A stretch of 56,692 nucleotides of DNA, the filler included, from Ionaspis alba (Eukaryota), in assembly GCA_964255285.1 (NCBI GenBank). It is 3 parts of 3 records of this genome, joined end to end, with 100 filler letters (N's around TTAATTAATTAA, not from the genome) between each part and the next. Parts side by side here need not be neighbours in the genome. Positions count along the whole stretch, not along the records: positions 1 to 18,848 come from CAXUUL010000277.1; positions 18,949 to 37,770 come from CAXUUL010000279.1; 1 more part is not named here. One strand, given 5' to 3'. How positions within the stretch are numbered: the stretch's first letter is position 1; each line of letters starts with the position of its first letter. The translations under genes were made by a program, and so were the position numbers. Shown piece by piece: positions 14,433-26,633 of this stretch. Below the pieces are notes generated by a model. The model ran no database searches, was not told where the DNA came from, and worked only from the letters and a program-made list of their open reading frames with translations.

Positions 14433-15155
14433 ATGAGTACCACTGATAGCCCCTCGACCCCCTCCGTAACTGCCATTGCCATTGCGACTGCCATACTCTG
14501 CTCCGTCGGTGGTTACTACATTGGTCAAGCTTCCTCCCTTGGTCTATTCGGCGGTAGTAGTGGTGGGGCAAAATCAAAGAAAAGCTGGCCCAACAGCTAT
14601 GATGTCACAATACACCCGGACTCCTCGGATGAGGAGTTGATGAAGAACCTGAAGGGACAAGAAAGCGAAGAGGACGATGATTCCGAGGAGGAGCAAGGGG
14701 AATTAAGAAGTTTCGAGGGAAATAAAGAGGAGTGCAAACTGGTGCTGGTGGTGCGGATGGATTTGGGAATGGGAAAAGGTGCGGCAGTGGAAGCCACTCA
14801 CTATTTACTCTTCTGGGTCGGATGACTGAACCTACGTGCTATTATAGGCAAAATAGCAGCTCAATGCTCCCACGCAACCCTCGCCTGCTACACCTATTTC
14901 CTTTCACATGTGCCCAATTCACCACTTCTCAAGAGGTGGCAGTCTCTCGGACAGGCGAAGGTGGCGCTGCAGTGCAAAAACGAGGAGGAGATGTTGACGC
15001 TGCAGGCACAAGCTTTGAGCTTGGGACTTTGTGCTAGAATCATACATGATGCTGGCAGGACGCAGATTGCGAGTGGGAGTGCTACGGTGCTGGGGATTGG
15101 GCCGGGACCGAAGAGTGTGGTGGATCAGGTTACTGGGGAGCTGAAGCTGCTGTGA
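14433..15155 (+). CDS. PTH2: Peptidyl-tRNA hydrolase 2
   Basis: N-terminal TM segment; ECKLVLVVRMDLGMGKG|KIAAQCSHATL and IHDAGRTQIASGSATVLGIGPGP...VTGELKLL. One intron. Confidence 0.95.
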
Positions 15156-15334
15156 TGGGTCGTGATGGATGCATATGATGGCGTTCTTCGACGGGGAAGG
15201 TGGTAGTATCTGAGCGTTTGGTCGTGCAGCTGGTGGAGACGATGATACCCTTGAAAGACAATTCTACATACTGTCACGACGAAGTGTAGTGCAGTATTTG
15301 ATAATGCTGTTTGCAGTTGCCATCCTCTAACATC

Positions 15335-16103
15335 CTAACGAAATTTGGAGTAAATGACCGCAATAATAAGGAGAACGAGGACCGTTATGATCGCGACCGT
15401 TATAATCCGATTTGTAGCCATCCTAAGGCAAGGGTAAGTAAGTCGTAGCACTATCACGATGAGTGTAAGAGGACTAAATACCTACGCGCCATCCCCCTCA
15501 ACGTCTTGACACTTCTATCCACATATCCCTCACTCTCTAATATCGTCAAGCGTGTATGCTGTATCTGCTCCCTCTGCAACTGCAGATCCGCCAGTGTCCC
15601 TCGCCCAATATCTTCCGTCTCGTTCGCTATCCGCTGGCTCTCTCGCAGTCGCTGTGAGCTTCGATCTAACCGTTCAGTACCAGAGAGTAGCTGTTGTCTT
15701 TGCTCGAGCTGCTCGTCGGTGTTTGGGTCGTCGGTATAGCGATTCCCGAAGAGAGCTTTGCGATCCGAGGATAACTCTTTGAGCTTGCGCTTTGAACCGT
15801 CGATATCTGATTCGAAGTTTCGGAAGCGTTGGTTTATTCTGGAGCGTGTGGAGGAGGGGATGTTTTGCTTCTCAATGCGCATTTGGTCGAGCTATGCGGA
15901 ATGCAGTCAGTCATGCCATTTGGGCGAATGGTGAGTAGATCGGGATTTGTACTCACTAGATCATTCGCATCTTCGAGAGCTCGCTCTGCAAGCCGAACCA
16001 TTGACTTCCTAGGCTCGCCTGACAAGTCCGAGATCTGGTCCAACTTCTGGTTCAAGTCCGCCTGCACGAGCTTAAGCTCGGCTTCATAGCTGCTGAACAA
16101 CTC
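15335..16103 (-). CDS. VTI1: v-SNARE Vti1 (5' end lies in an assembly gap)
   Basis: ELFSSYEAELKLVQADL, QRQQLLSGTERLDRSSQRLRESQRIANETEDIG, YVDRSVKTLRGMARR|MATNR and a C-terminal TM ending YSKFR*. Confidence 0.93.
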
Positions 16104-16802
16104 NNNNNNNNNNNNNNNNNNNNNNNNNNNNNNNNNNNNNNNNNNNNNNNNNNNNNNNNNNNNNNNNNNNNNNNNNNNNNNNNNNNNNNNNNNNNNNNNN
16201 NNNGAAGTGTGGTTCGTGGTCCAACTGTCCTCTATGCCGGGTGCCTGAATGTATGCTGGGAAATCTAAAAGTATTTATTGATGAAGCTTCGGTGTATTGC
16301 TCCAGGAATAAGGTTTGCGCCTATATAGAATGCTTTGTTTTCGAACGTTATTGTTGATGTCTTGCTGTGGGTAGTTGTCCAAAGTTGGTCGTGCATGACG
16401 AAGCTCCGAAAAGCAGGTACAAGTCTCACTAAAGAATAGATACTCTGCACTTTACACGACCACTATCATAGCGCCATACGACCTACCGGATCGGGGCCGC
16501 GCTGAGAGCGCTAAAACGTCCGTGCTCTCCATAAAGATGACTTCGATCTCGAGTTAACTTGTGCCTTCCATCAACAACGTCCATGGTCATCTCCATATAT
16601 AAACCTTGCAAGTCATGTTCAATGTTCTGCTTTATCTCACAACCTCAGCATCGTCTTCGCATGCTATAACCTAGTGACACGTCCCGCAAAAGTGAAAAAG
16701 TCATTATATCCGTTTAGCAGTTCCGGCCCGACCCGAATATCCTTTGTTTTGTGGCAAAATCTTATTCCTTTCTATTCTCAGTCGTTATTTTTATGTTCGA
16801 GT

Positions 16803-18436
16803 ATGCAGCAACGCAAGAAAGTCGCTATAGTGGGCAGTGGCTGCTCTGGAATTGGTGCACTATGGGCCTTGAAGAGCACAGATCATGAAGTTCATCTTTA
16901 TGAGGCTAATAACCGCCTTGGAGGACATACGAACACTGTCACATTCGAGTATAATGGCAAGAAGACGAATGTCGATACTGGCTTTATCGTTATGAATTCT
17001 GCTACCTACCGTTCGAAGGCCCCTATGTCAATTCTATCACACCAAGGCTTACTTCTACGGTAGCCAATTTTATCGCTTTCCTCAAAGAAGTCAATGTTCC
17101 AACAGTCCCTACGGACATGACATTTGGCGTTTCTCGGGATCAGGGACTCTTTGAATGGGCTGGTACATCACTGTCTGCCGTATTTGCACAGAAATCAAAT
17201 CTTCTTTCTGCCAGAGTATGGCAAATGTTATTCGACATTGTCCGTTTCAACCAATTTGCTCTAGACCTGCTTTCAGATGCAGAAGAGAGCGAGGACGACC
17301 CAAGTGGTGCTCGTGGTACCAGCTCTGACTTCCACAAGCCACGGTGTCAAGAGAGTATAGGAGACTATCTTGAACGTGAGGGCTACTCCGAAGCATTTCG
17401 AGACGACTACTTGATTCCTATGACGGCGGCTGTTTGGAGTACAAGCCCTGATAAATGCTCATTGGACTTCCCTGCTGTCACTTTGGTCCGCTTCATGTGG
17501 AACCATCATCTTCTTACTACAGTCAGCGCTCGGCCGACGTGGATGACCATTAGAGACGGATCGCAGCAATACATAGACGCTGTCATGGCCGACTTTCCTT
17601 CAGAACAGGTTCATCTTGCAACAAAGGTCAGGACTTTGACTTTCGAGGAAGACGGCATGATTGCACTTCATCGCCAAGACTGGAGCGTCGACATGTACGA
17701 TCATGTCATCTTGGCCACCCACGGCGACCAGGCAATGGATATCATCCGCGATGTCGCTACAGAAGAGGAGTCTGGCATTATGTCAGCTTTTCAGACGAGC
17801 AAGAATTTAGCAGTCCTACACTCAGATCTATCGGTGTGTTCGCATTAAGTTTGCTGAACGTACCATCACTGATTTCTCCAGCTTATGCCTAAACGACACA
17901 TCGCATGGTCTGCGTGGAATTATATCACAGCCTCTTCCTCGTCCGGCAATTCAGTCTCCTCAGTCTGTCTGACATACTGGATGAATCTTCTACAGCACAT
18001 CCGGACGAGTACTTTCGGCCATGTCTTAGTGACTCTGAACCCGCTCCATTCGCCCAACCCAGAACTCATCCAAGGATCGTGGACTTATCACCATCCTCTC
18101 TACAATGCTGCTGCGATTAGATCCCAATCGCTGCTACCTCGAATACAGAACACACGTGGCATTAGCTACGCAGGTGCGTGGACTAAGTATGGCTTCCATG
18201 AAGATGGATTCTCGAGCGGTGTCAAGGTGGCTATTGAGCACCTGGGCGCTAAAATTCCATTCGACTTTGTGGACAGCACCTTTTCTAGAGGGAGACGACC
18301 GGTCTTAGGTCGGCGAGATTATGCTGTTCGAATATTTGTATATCTGGTACAACTGATTGTACTCATTCTACGCGCAGGTATAGGGAGGATAACGGGAGGA
18401 TTGAAAGGGCAGGAGGCTCGACGTAAGATCCAATAA
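16803..18436 (+). CDS. FAD-dependent oxidoreductase, amine-oxidase-like (COG2907-type) family
   Basis: KVAIVGSGCSG Rossmann motif, EANNRLGGHTNT, VDTGFIVMNSATYPNF, AVLHSDLSLMPKR...AWSAWNY, GAWTKYGFHEDGFSSG. Two introns. Confidence 0.9.
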
Positions 18437-18848
18437 TACCAGTCACTTTTTCATTGCCTTTGTTTTTCATCGCGTACTTTATAGCGTTAACAATCAGTCC
18501 GTTCTAAAGGATCGAACTGGTCTCTCTACTAGCGCTGTCTTTGTTGAGTCACGACTACGCAACCATCCACAGGGGGGTGGTCTCTTGTAGTGTGTGACTC
18601 TGTCGCTTGATTGTAGGCTAAAAAGAGTACTATATGCACGCGCTAGTCACGTGCACTAGCGTAGCCTTAGCCCCTTGGCGCCCCTATGCCTGAGTCCCTG
18701 ACCTAATAGTCTTTGTCTGGTGGCAGCATGACTCATCTATATATGAAACGGTTGTACCATGGCTCCGCCGATAATTATCCACAATAATTACGCTCCACTG
18801 CCTGGTAGTGGAAGCTTCAGACGTGTAGATGCTTACATTTTCTCTCTT

Positions 18849-18948
18849 NNNNNNNNNNNNNNNNNNNNNNNNNNNNNNNNNNNNNNNNNNNNTTAATTAA
18901 TTAANNNNNNNNNNNNNNNNNNNNNNNNNNNNNNNNNNNNNNNNNNNN
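18849..18948. other. Assembly gap containing an artificial six-frame-stop linker TTAATTAATTAA
   Basis: 100-nt N run with the linker at 18893-18904. Rad9 is truncated at this junction. Confidence 0.9.
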
Positions 18949-18949
18949 A

Positions 18950-21046
18950 AAAGCGGCACGACCTAAGGGGTTCCTGGATATCGCTGCGGATCCGTCTCCT
19001 CCCGATGAGATTGGTGAAGTTGATCTAGACATTGGTCTCATGACAAACGATGATATCAACTTCAAAGATATCATGGAGGGATCGAGCCCCATTGGCCCGG
19101 CGAGAAAGCGGCGTCGTGGCCGGGGCGGACGGCCTCTGCCGGTGGTAGATATATCGTCTGACCCGGCTCCTGCAGTGCCTGCGTCGTCTTCAATGGAGAG
19201 ACCAACACAGCTGCTTGAAGAAATGGTAGAAGCAAGGGCGGAAGTATCGTCACCTCCAGTATCATCAAACATCGAGAAACAACCCTCCGAAGATGAGGAA
19301 ACTGGACGACCAGAGTCATCAACGAGGTCTAGGCTCCGTGATGCCAATACCTGCGTAACAGTGGATTCTGCTCTCAGAGTTTCTGGCAACAAAGCCACGA
19401 AAGTGATTCACAAGTTGCAGCTGGCCAAGGCAAAACCTGACCTCCAACCCCTGACTTCAAGCAAGGATAGAGCTTCCGTGAGCGCAAAACGTAACCAGGT
19501 CCAAGAATCATCAACTGTGCTTCGGAGTTCAAGAGAAAACATCACTCCTGATAGACGCACCGAACAATTGATCACCGCGCCAAATCGTGTGTTCGCCATC
19601 TTCATGGGCACTCCGGCAGGACACTATCCAGCGACTTGTATAGGAACCACAGGCGGTGACGAGCCAAGATTCAGAGTACGATTCGATGATGGTTCAGTCT
19701 CGATCGTCAATGGATCATGTGTGAAGAGATTGGAATTGAGAGAAGGCGATCACGTCAAGATCGATCAACCAGGAAACCGCAAATGGACTTACGTTGTGTG
19801 TGGACTCAAGGACAAGGAGCTGCATCCAAGTCGGCTCCCAAAAGACAGTCCTGATAGGGCCCAGCTGCAGAAGGGTGGCAGTCTTACCAAGTACCCACAG
19901 ACAGATATCTACGGCCATGTGAATGTCCTGGTTTCCTTAAAGCCACATCTCGCCACTCCAGAAGGCAGCACACCTAACCCCGAAGAGACGGTACCAATAT
20001 CAGCTATCTACCTAAGCTCGACAATGTTGAAGAACTTCAAAGATCGCCAGTATTCGTATCATTCCTCTGTTCCAATTCCTACTTCAGGACTACAGACGCC
20101 ATCTGAAAGACCTTCCACACCTTCAACCCCATCATCCAGGACTCGTCGCACTAAAGCATCAATCAAGTCTATTACATCCGTATCTGTGCCCACTTCGGTA
20201 GTCCGCAACGGATCCAGCCTCTTCGAAAACATGGTCTTCAGCATCACCAACGTCGACGACCAAGACAAGCGTGAACAAATCATCCAGCACATCGCCTCGA
20301 ACGGCGGCCTATTCCTCGAAAGCGGCTTCGATGAACTCTTCCAAATCCCAGACGTGACCTCCGACCCAACCTCGCTCCAAGAAGACTCCGACATCGAGAA
20401 CTCGCTTCAACTTAAGCCTTCAGCCCTCCACCGCGGCTTCCCCTGCCTTATCGCAGACAAGGACTGCCGCAACCAGAAATTCTTCCAAGCACTCGCCCTC
20501 GGCATTCCCTGTCTGGCCACGCGCTGGGTCCGCGACTGCATCACCAGGCAACGAGTCTTGCCCTGGGAACCCTACTTGCTACCATCCGGCATTTCCACGT
20601 TCCTGCAGGCTGTGCGCTCTCGCCTGCTGCCCTCCTGCTCGCCGGAAACAGTGCTTCTGCCGGAAGTCATTCAAAACCGCCCGAACTTCCTGGCTGGATC
20701 CTCCGTTCTACTTGTCATGGGTAAGGGTAAAGAGCATATGATGAAAGCTTACCCGTTCATCGCTTACGCCCTTGGAGCCAGGAAGGTTGCTCGGGCTGTT
20801 AGTTTTGAGACTGCGAGACTGATGCTAAGGGATGGTGAGGCGGAGGGCAGGGTGTGGGATTGGGTGTGCTTTCATGAGAAGGAGACGCAGATGACGGTGA
20901 AGCAGGCGGAGAAGGTGTTGTTTGGGAGTGGGAGTGTGGGCAAGAGGAAGAGAGGATTGGGAGAGGTGGTGAGGAGGACAAGGGTTGTGGTTACGGAGTT
21001 TGTGATTCAGAGCTTGATTTTGGGGCAGTTGGTGGATGAGGAGTAA
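18950..21046 (+). CDS. RAD9: DNA damage checkpoint mediator Rad9/Crb2-like (Tudor-like plus BRCT), 5'-truncated by a gap
   Basis: Frame is open from the gap edge. Tudor-like APNRVFAIFMG...YPATCIG...VRFDDG...KRLELREGDHVKID; BRCT LFENMVFSIT...NGG...KFFQALALGIPCLATRWVRDC. Confidence 0.85.
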   Translation, partial: KAARPKGFLDIAADPSPPDEIGEVDLDIGLMTNDDINFKDIMEGSSPIGPARKRRRGRGGRPLPVVDISSDPAPAVPASSSMERPTQLLEEMVEARAEVSSPPVSSNIEKQPSEDEETGRPESSTRSRLRDANTCVTVDSALRVSGNKATKVIHKLQLAKAKPDLQPLTSSKDRASVSAKRNQVQESSTVLRSSRENITPDRRTEQLITAPNRVFAIFMGTPAGHYPATCIGTTGGDEPRFRVRFDDGSVSIVNGSCVKRLELREGDHVKIDQPGNRKWTYVVCGLKDKELHPSRLPKDSPDRAQLQKGGSLTKYPQTDIYGHVNVLVSLKPHLATPEGSTPNPEETVPISAIYLSSTMLKNFKDRQYSYHSSVPIPTSGLQTPSERPSTPSTPSSRTRRTKASIKSITSVSVPTSVVRNGSSLFENMVFSITNVDDQDKREQIIQHIASNGGLFLESGFDELFQIPDVTSDPTSLQEDSDIENSLQLKPSALHRGFPCLIADKDCRNQKFFQALALGIPCLATRWVRDCITRQRVLPWEPYLLPSGISTFLQAVRSRLLPSCSPETVLLPEVIQNRPNFLAGSSVLLVMGKGKEHMMKAYPFIAYALGARKVARAVSFETARLMLRDGEAEGRVWDWVCFHEKETQMTVKQAEKVLFGSGSVGKRKRGLGEVVRRTRVVVTEFVIQSLILGQLVDEE

Positions 21047-21286
21047 AGGGTTTGGATAGTGAGAGTAGGGGAGAGGAGAGGGAGGAGTGCTGATGGATAG
21101 CTGCACAGGTGGATGATCTTGAGAGATCTTGAGATTTGTATCTAGCTCAAAGTGTAGTTATGATACAGAATGGCAGCTCTAGTATGCCATCATTGCCACA
21201 GGCCTGTCATTTATGTGTACAAAATTCAACAAATATCCACACGATCCTTGTATGCGAGGTCCGTCCTCTACCGTCAGCATACTCCT

Positions 21287-22075
21287 CTACTTCTTCCTCC
21301 TCAATCCTCTCTTCTCCGCATTCCTCGCCCTCCTCGCCTGCGTCTTCCTCCACGCCAAAAACCGATCCTTAGGATCATATTCCGGAACCTTAACTCCCGC
21401 CCTCTCCGCGGCTCGTCCAATCGACCAATTAGATTCCCTGTACATGTAATTCTTCTTGAGCTCCAAATGCGGCTTCGTCCCCAGCAAGTTTGCCCCCTTC
21501 ACCTGTGACCCCGCCACAACCACACCCTCTTCCCCTTTTTTCCACAACGGCCCATCCGCCGCTTCTTCAGCCCCTGCCTCCTCAACCTCCGCCTCCTCAA
21601 TCGGCACCCCCACCATCCCCAACCTCCTCCACCGACTCCCATTCCTCCCTCTCGGCAACGCCATCCCCTGCTCCAACACCACCCCTATATATTTCCTCTC
21701 CTTGTGTCTCTCCGGATCACGATAGTACCGCACGAACCCCTTCTGCAGTGCGAAAATCGTGTGATCACGTCCCATGCCGCAGTTCTCGCCGGGGTACCAG
21801 TGCGTTCCGCGTTGGCGGAAGATTATGTTCCCCGGAACCACGAGCTCGGAGTCGGCTTTTTTGGCGCCCAAGCGTTTGCCTGGGCCGCGGGCTGCTTTGT
21901 TCGCGCGGCCTTCAGAGGCGTGGGTTGCGGAGCGGGTTTGTTGTTGAAGGGTGAATGGGGAGGTCGTGAACGTGGGTGTGAGGGTTAGGCGGGAGAGAGC
22001 GAGGAGGAGGGGGGTTGATGGGGTGGTTGAGGTGGTGAGGGTGCGGATGGAGGATGATATTCGTGGTTGAAGCAT
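21287..22075 (-). CDS. MRP7: Mitochondrial 54S ribosomal protein bL27m
   Basis: Presequence, then [11 protein letters not shown]...[10 protein letters not shown]...[29 protein letters not shown]...GFVRYY. Confidence 0.95.
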   Translation of the reverse strand: MLQPRISSSIRTLTTSTTPSTPLLLALSRLTLTPTFTTSPFTLQQQTRSATHASEGRANKAARGPGKRLGAKKADSELVVPGNIIFRQRGTHWYPGENCGMGRDHTIFALQKGFVRYYRDPERHKERKYIGVVLEQGMALPRGRNGSRWRRLGMVGVPIEEAEVEEAGAEEAADGPLWKKGEEGVVVAGSQVKGANLLGTKPHLELKKNYMYRESNWSIGRAAERAGVKVPEYDPKDRFLAWRKTQARRARNAEKRGLRRKK

Positions 22076-22393
22076 TGTGTATGTTTTGGAGGAGAAACAA
22101 CCGTGATTCGGAGAGCTGGAGGCTGAGACCAACTCGTGAGGATCTGGTGGATGACCTTGAAGATGCGCTTTGCTTAATGGATTGAATGAGGTCAAGTCTT
22201 GTCGAGCATTAGCTTTTGAGGCTCGGAGATTTGACTTTGTCGCTTCACGAGATAGGGAGCTAAACTGCTTTGGGCACGCTATCCAATGTAAACACAGATT
22301 GAAATAGTCCAGGACTGTTTTCCTACATCCATCTATTCTTTATCGCATCAACATTACGCCCCATAGTGAAATAGCAACACTAACCTAGAAAGC

Positions 22394-24033
22394 ATGGACC
22401 GCGACAACTCACCCTCACCCTCTCCGCGACCACAGCCTTTCACCTCATCACTGTTTACATCTCCTCCTTTCACTTCCACCCTCCCTCTCCCACATCCTTT
22501 GACGCGCCCAAACTCAGACTCTTTCTTACAAAACGTCCAGCGGCCTACTTCGAACATCTTTGGTGCCCATCGCTATCAAAGAGGCAATACGCGACGTCAG
22601 CGCCGTACGCGCTCCGCTAATTCCTCGGTGCACTCCGAGTCAGAATCTGAGTCCAACCCTGACCTCAGCATCATGTCTTCGCGCTCCTTGGATGATCTAC
22701 CCAACGCGCAAATACGCCATGCTAACCCTCAGCTGGATCCGGCGTACAGCCGTGAGGACGACGGAGAGGAGAAGAAAGATGATGGGAAACCTGGTCAGAG
22801 CGACAAAACTCCGAAGCACAACCTGTCAGACTACACTATCGACCTTGCGAATCTGAATCATAATTCGTCAGGTGGTAGGGATCTATTTGCAGCTGTTGGA
22901 GCCAGTGACTACGATATTCAAGTACCAGTGCGACCACGAGATGTTGTGGATAGTGAGGATGATGGACCGGAAGATTTTACAGTGGAGCTTGGGAAATGGA
23001 TGAGAGGAACTGGACCTTGGAAGAGGAAGACTGAGCAGAATGGGCCCAAAGCGTCAAGTCATGGAGCAGAAAAGGAGAGTGACAAAGTCGAGCCTAAAGC
23101 TGGACATGAAACCTGTGGCAAAGGAGTAGAGCACATAGAGAAGCACGAAGAAGCCAAGAAAGCTACTGTTAATCCAAGGCGCACAAGTGTGGAAGATGCC
23201 CCGGAAGGCGATACCCTCAGTGTGTTTCAGCCTCCACTGGTATCCACACCAATGCGTTCGGTCGGACAGAACCTCAATCCTCAAGACACGGCAGAAGGAG
23301 CGCTTGACGTTTCGACCACCCCTTCGGTTACACCCCCTCAACCACGAGCTCAGCCAGAGCGCTCTAGTGAGGAAGTGTTCAAACAAATCTCGTTGTTACA
23401 AGCCGATGTGGAGCGGCTGCGAGTGGAGGCAGAAGAGCTTCGCGCCAAGAAACAGGCATGGGATGAGGAGCGTGGTCATTGGGTGACAGAAAATGAACAG
23501 CTCGTTGACGATCTTGAGGCCGAGAGAAGGGAGGTCGACAGATTACAAGATGTCAAAGAGGCTCAGCAGCANNNNNNNNNNNNNNNNNNNNNNNNNNNNN
23601 NNNNNNNNNNNNNNNNNNNNNNNNNNNNNNNNNNNNNNNNNNNNNNNNNNNNNNNNNNNNNNNNNNNNNNNCCGTCCGCGCCCTCTCCAGCAAGCTCAAA
23701 GTATCACAAACAGCCCTCGCGGCAGCAGAACAGGAGGCGCAAACCCTCCGCTCAGAAATCCAGACCCTACGAGATGAAGCAGCAGAGAGCCAGCGCGTCC
23801 ACGAGGTCACGAACAAAGCCCTCGAAGCGAAATTCGCAAAAGCAGTCGATGAGCGGGAAACGGAGTGGGAGCGGCGGATTGATCTGCTGCTGAGAGACAG
23901 GGAGAAGATGGGACGGGTGCTGATGTGGGGATGGGGAAAAGAAGAAGTTGGGGAAAGAGTGGTGGAAGTGGAGGGGAGGAAGGAGAGGAGGATGGGATAT
24001 CAGTACCGGGAGAGGAGGGAGGTCAAGGCGTGA
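22394..24033 (+). CDS. Coiled-coil protein, probably SnaD-like spindle-pole-body/septation protein (spans an N gap)
   Basis: Long ORF with DGPEDFTVELGKWMRG and coiled-coil heptads. After the gap another frame reads ...EFAKAVDERETEWERRIDLLLRDREKMGRVLMWGWGKEEVG...MGYQYRERREVKA* (TGA 24031-24033). The family call is from memory. Confidence 0.6.
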
Positions 24034-26633
24034 AGGCTTTATCTTGGGCTTGATGCTGTGAGACTTTTTGGGCGCATCAATGAGGCTGAGGAGTTAGTAA
24101 TGGTGTTCAGAGAAGTTTTCGGAATTTTGTTTGCGGGGATTGGGGGTCGGGTACTCGTGCGGGTTGGATTGCATGCTCCTGCGGCTGGACGGGGAAGTGG
24201 TCACGATGAAGGGTGTTCCTGGAGAAGGGTAAATGATATGTCACTCCGACCAAGGTGGCGGTGCAGGGAATTGGGCGCAGTCGTGTGGCGATCATCTAAG
24301 GGTAGCTGTAGCATCCTGCGCCTTTACATATGCTTGGTTACATCGAGCCCATCAGCAATTTGCACGTGCCATGCTGTGTCACAATTTTTGAAGCCGGCAT
24401 CTACGGACCGTGGCCCGGGTCTTACTCCGATGCATGGACAGTGCGTTCGCGGAACCCTTCTCATTGTTTTGGCTTTCTCGTGCGGCATTCTAGATCCTCA
24501 GGTACTGCTTGGTTGGAATTCAGGGAATCCAAGGCGGACATGCATGCAGCTTCCCGTCTCCATACCTACAACCCGTTTGCTGCGACACTGACATTTGATA
24601 GGGCGGGGAAGTGGAGGATTCTCGGAGCGGGTATTCTATATGTTGAAGTTTCCACTCCCCTGCAGATCTTGATCCGGATGAACCACGAAAGGAGCCGTTC
24701 CTTTGGTTCTCTTCCGACATCCCCGGTCAGCCTGACCACGGCGCTGGGATCTCAGGAACACATCTAGACGGTCCGATTGGTGTTGCTTCACAGAGAAATG
24801 ACCATGGCGCAGGCGATCTGGGGAAGTTCCATGTTTCGATGACGAGGTCAGTAAAACCAGCCATAGGATTGCCGTCGGGTGGATTCGACGACCAGCTTTG
24901 GTTGTTTGCAATTACATACAGGAGAGAGACAGGTCCGCTAGGCCTTGAGAACTACGCTTTGTGACATAACATCCAGGAGTCTGCAATCGCACAACAAAGC
25001 TTTGAACCCAAGCAAAAAAAATGGATTGCCGTCAAGTGAGAATAGGCAGAAAATGAAACGGTTGGCTACGAGTTGTTGACTATTTTCATCGCGATAATTA
25101 TTGCCGTTAAAAGATTTTTAAGTCATGTACTCGTCCAAGAGATTGAGACAGTAGGTCTGGTAGACGATGATTGAGAAATTCCGCGCGGCGGAAATACTGC
25201 TCGACAAGTAAAGTGTCACGAATTTTGCGGTAAATATCTTGTAGGAGTCTCGGCGAGGCCTTGAGAGTTGAGTCTCCGTGCATCGGATGTATATGAGCAT
25301 GTCGTGCTACAACGAGTTCCTCTAGGGAAACCATACTTTGTTGCAGGCCGGGACCGACTGATCATATCCGTACCGCCCAACCTATACACTTTCTCAGAGC
25401 CAAAACGATCAGGCAGGTCGAGCATCCTGACTCAAGTCCTTATATTGTTTGCTCTTCGCATATAATGTCTTCATGTCTTCGTTCTTTACGTTTTTAGGCA
25501 TTGGTATCGTATACATGTTCAAGCGGAATAAACATTACCTCGAGTACGACCGACTGGATCGTGTTCTCTTCACCTTCAAGTTATCATTCGCACCTTGTTC
25601 AGCTCGGATGCCCCAGACGCAGATGGACGAGTCTGATAGCCAAGCCCGGCTGGTCCCAGAAGACGTCACAAATACTGAGTATGCTTATTGTCGAACCCAT
25701 ACCCGGATTGCAGTATGAGCAAGAGGCCGAGTAATGATATATCAATTAGATCCCAATCACCTTCTTCGGGCACTATCGCGGCTTCCAGCACGCAAGCGTC
25801 CGAGCCTCGACTTCTTTATTCAATCGAGCGATATTGTGAGGAGCACAATCGTCACGAGTCTCTGAGTGTAGAGCAGGTCGGCTTAACGTTAGATAGAACG
25901 GAGCAGGTGGCTCAGTATCTCGAAGAGTGGGAGGAGCGGTGGATCTTTTTGGAAGACGAAGGCCGGGAAGATGAGGACGACAAGCCAGGAAGGAATTGTT
26001 CAATCAGACAATTGATGCAGAGCTTCATCCTGTGGCTTCGAGGGTGGCTTGATATAACACAGTAGTGTATGTGGCACTGGTTATGTTGATTACAAGAATG
26101 CCACTGTTCCATTGCTACCGGTCGACGTACATTCGAAATGAGACAATTCACAGCTGCTGTATAACAGCTTAGCAGACCCAGCGAGAAGAAAATGCTTTGC
26201 CTATCATGACCTCCCACATCCTGAGATTGTGCATTCTGCGATTCGGCTTTAGAGCACGGGTGCTTTCGTAACCTTGGCTAAGGATTCCAGTTGGACCGTG
26301 ACGGCTTGGATACAGCAGCCCCTTCGTAGGGTGAACATAGGCATCCCAGAATGGTCCGTTAGGAACATGGTATCGACTGCTTACTTGCAGCGGCTGCCTC
26401 GAGGCTCCACATGCAGCGACGCTCTTTCAAGTAGACTTGCATCATATCGCAGGTAGCTGTTACTTTTTTAGATTGAAATGGATGAGAAAGACATATGGGA
26501 AGACGATTCAGAATCATGGTACTTACTGCAAGAATTTTTGAATTTTGTGAGACTCCAGCTCGTGCCAACCATAATCCAACCATACTGGAAGAGGCCGGGG
26601 ACAAGTCCCACAGGTTCTTGTAATAAATCCATG

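Noticed and set aside
18641..18661. Imperfect palindrome CGCTAGT-CACGTG-C-ACTAGCG with an E-box
   Set aside because: It is a single short element next to a contig break. The target gene is unknown and it cannot be distinguished from chance.
18893..18904. TTAATTAATTAA palindrome, repeated at 37815-37826
   Set aside because: It sits inside N runs and gives stops in all six frames, so it is a contig-joining artefact. Gene order across these points is not reliable.
23672..23893. Apparent frameshift or alternative C-terminus in the coiled-coil gene
   Set aside because: It is caused by the arbitrary 100-N gap length. A different frame gives the natural C-terminus ending at 24033.
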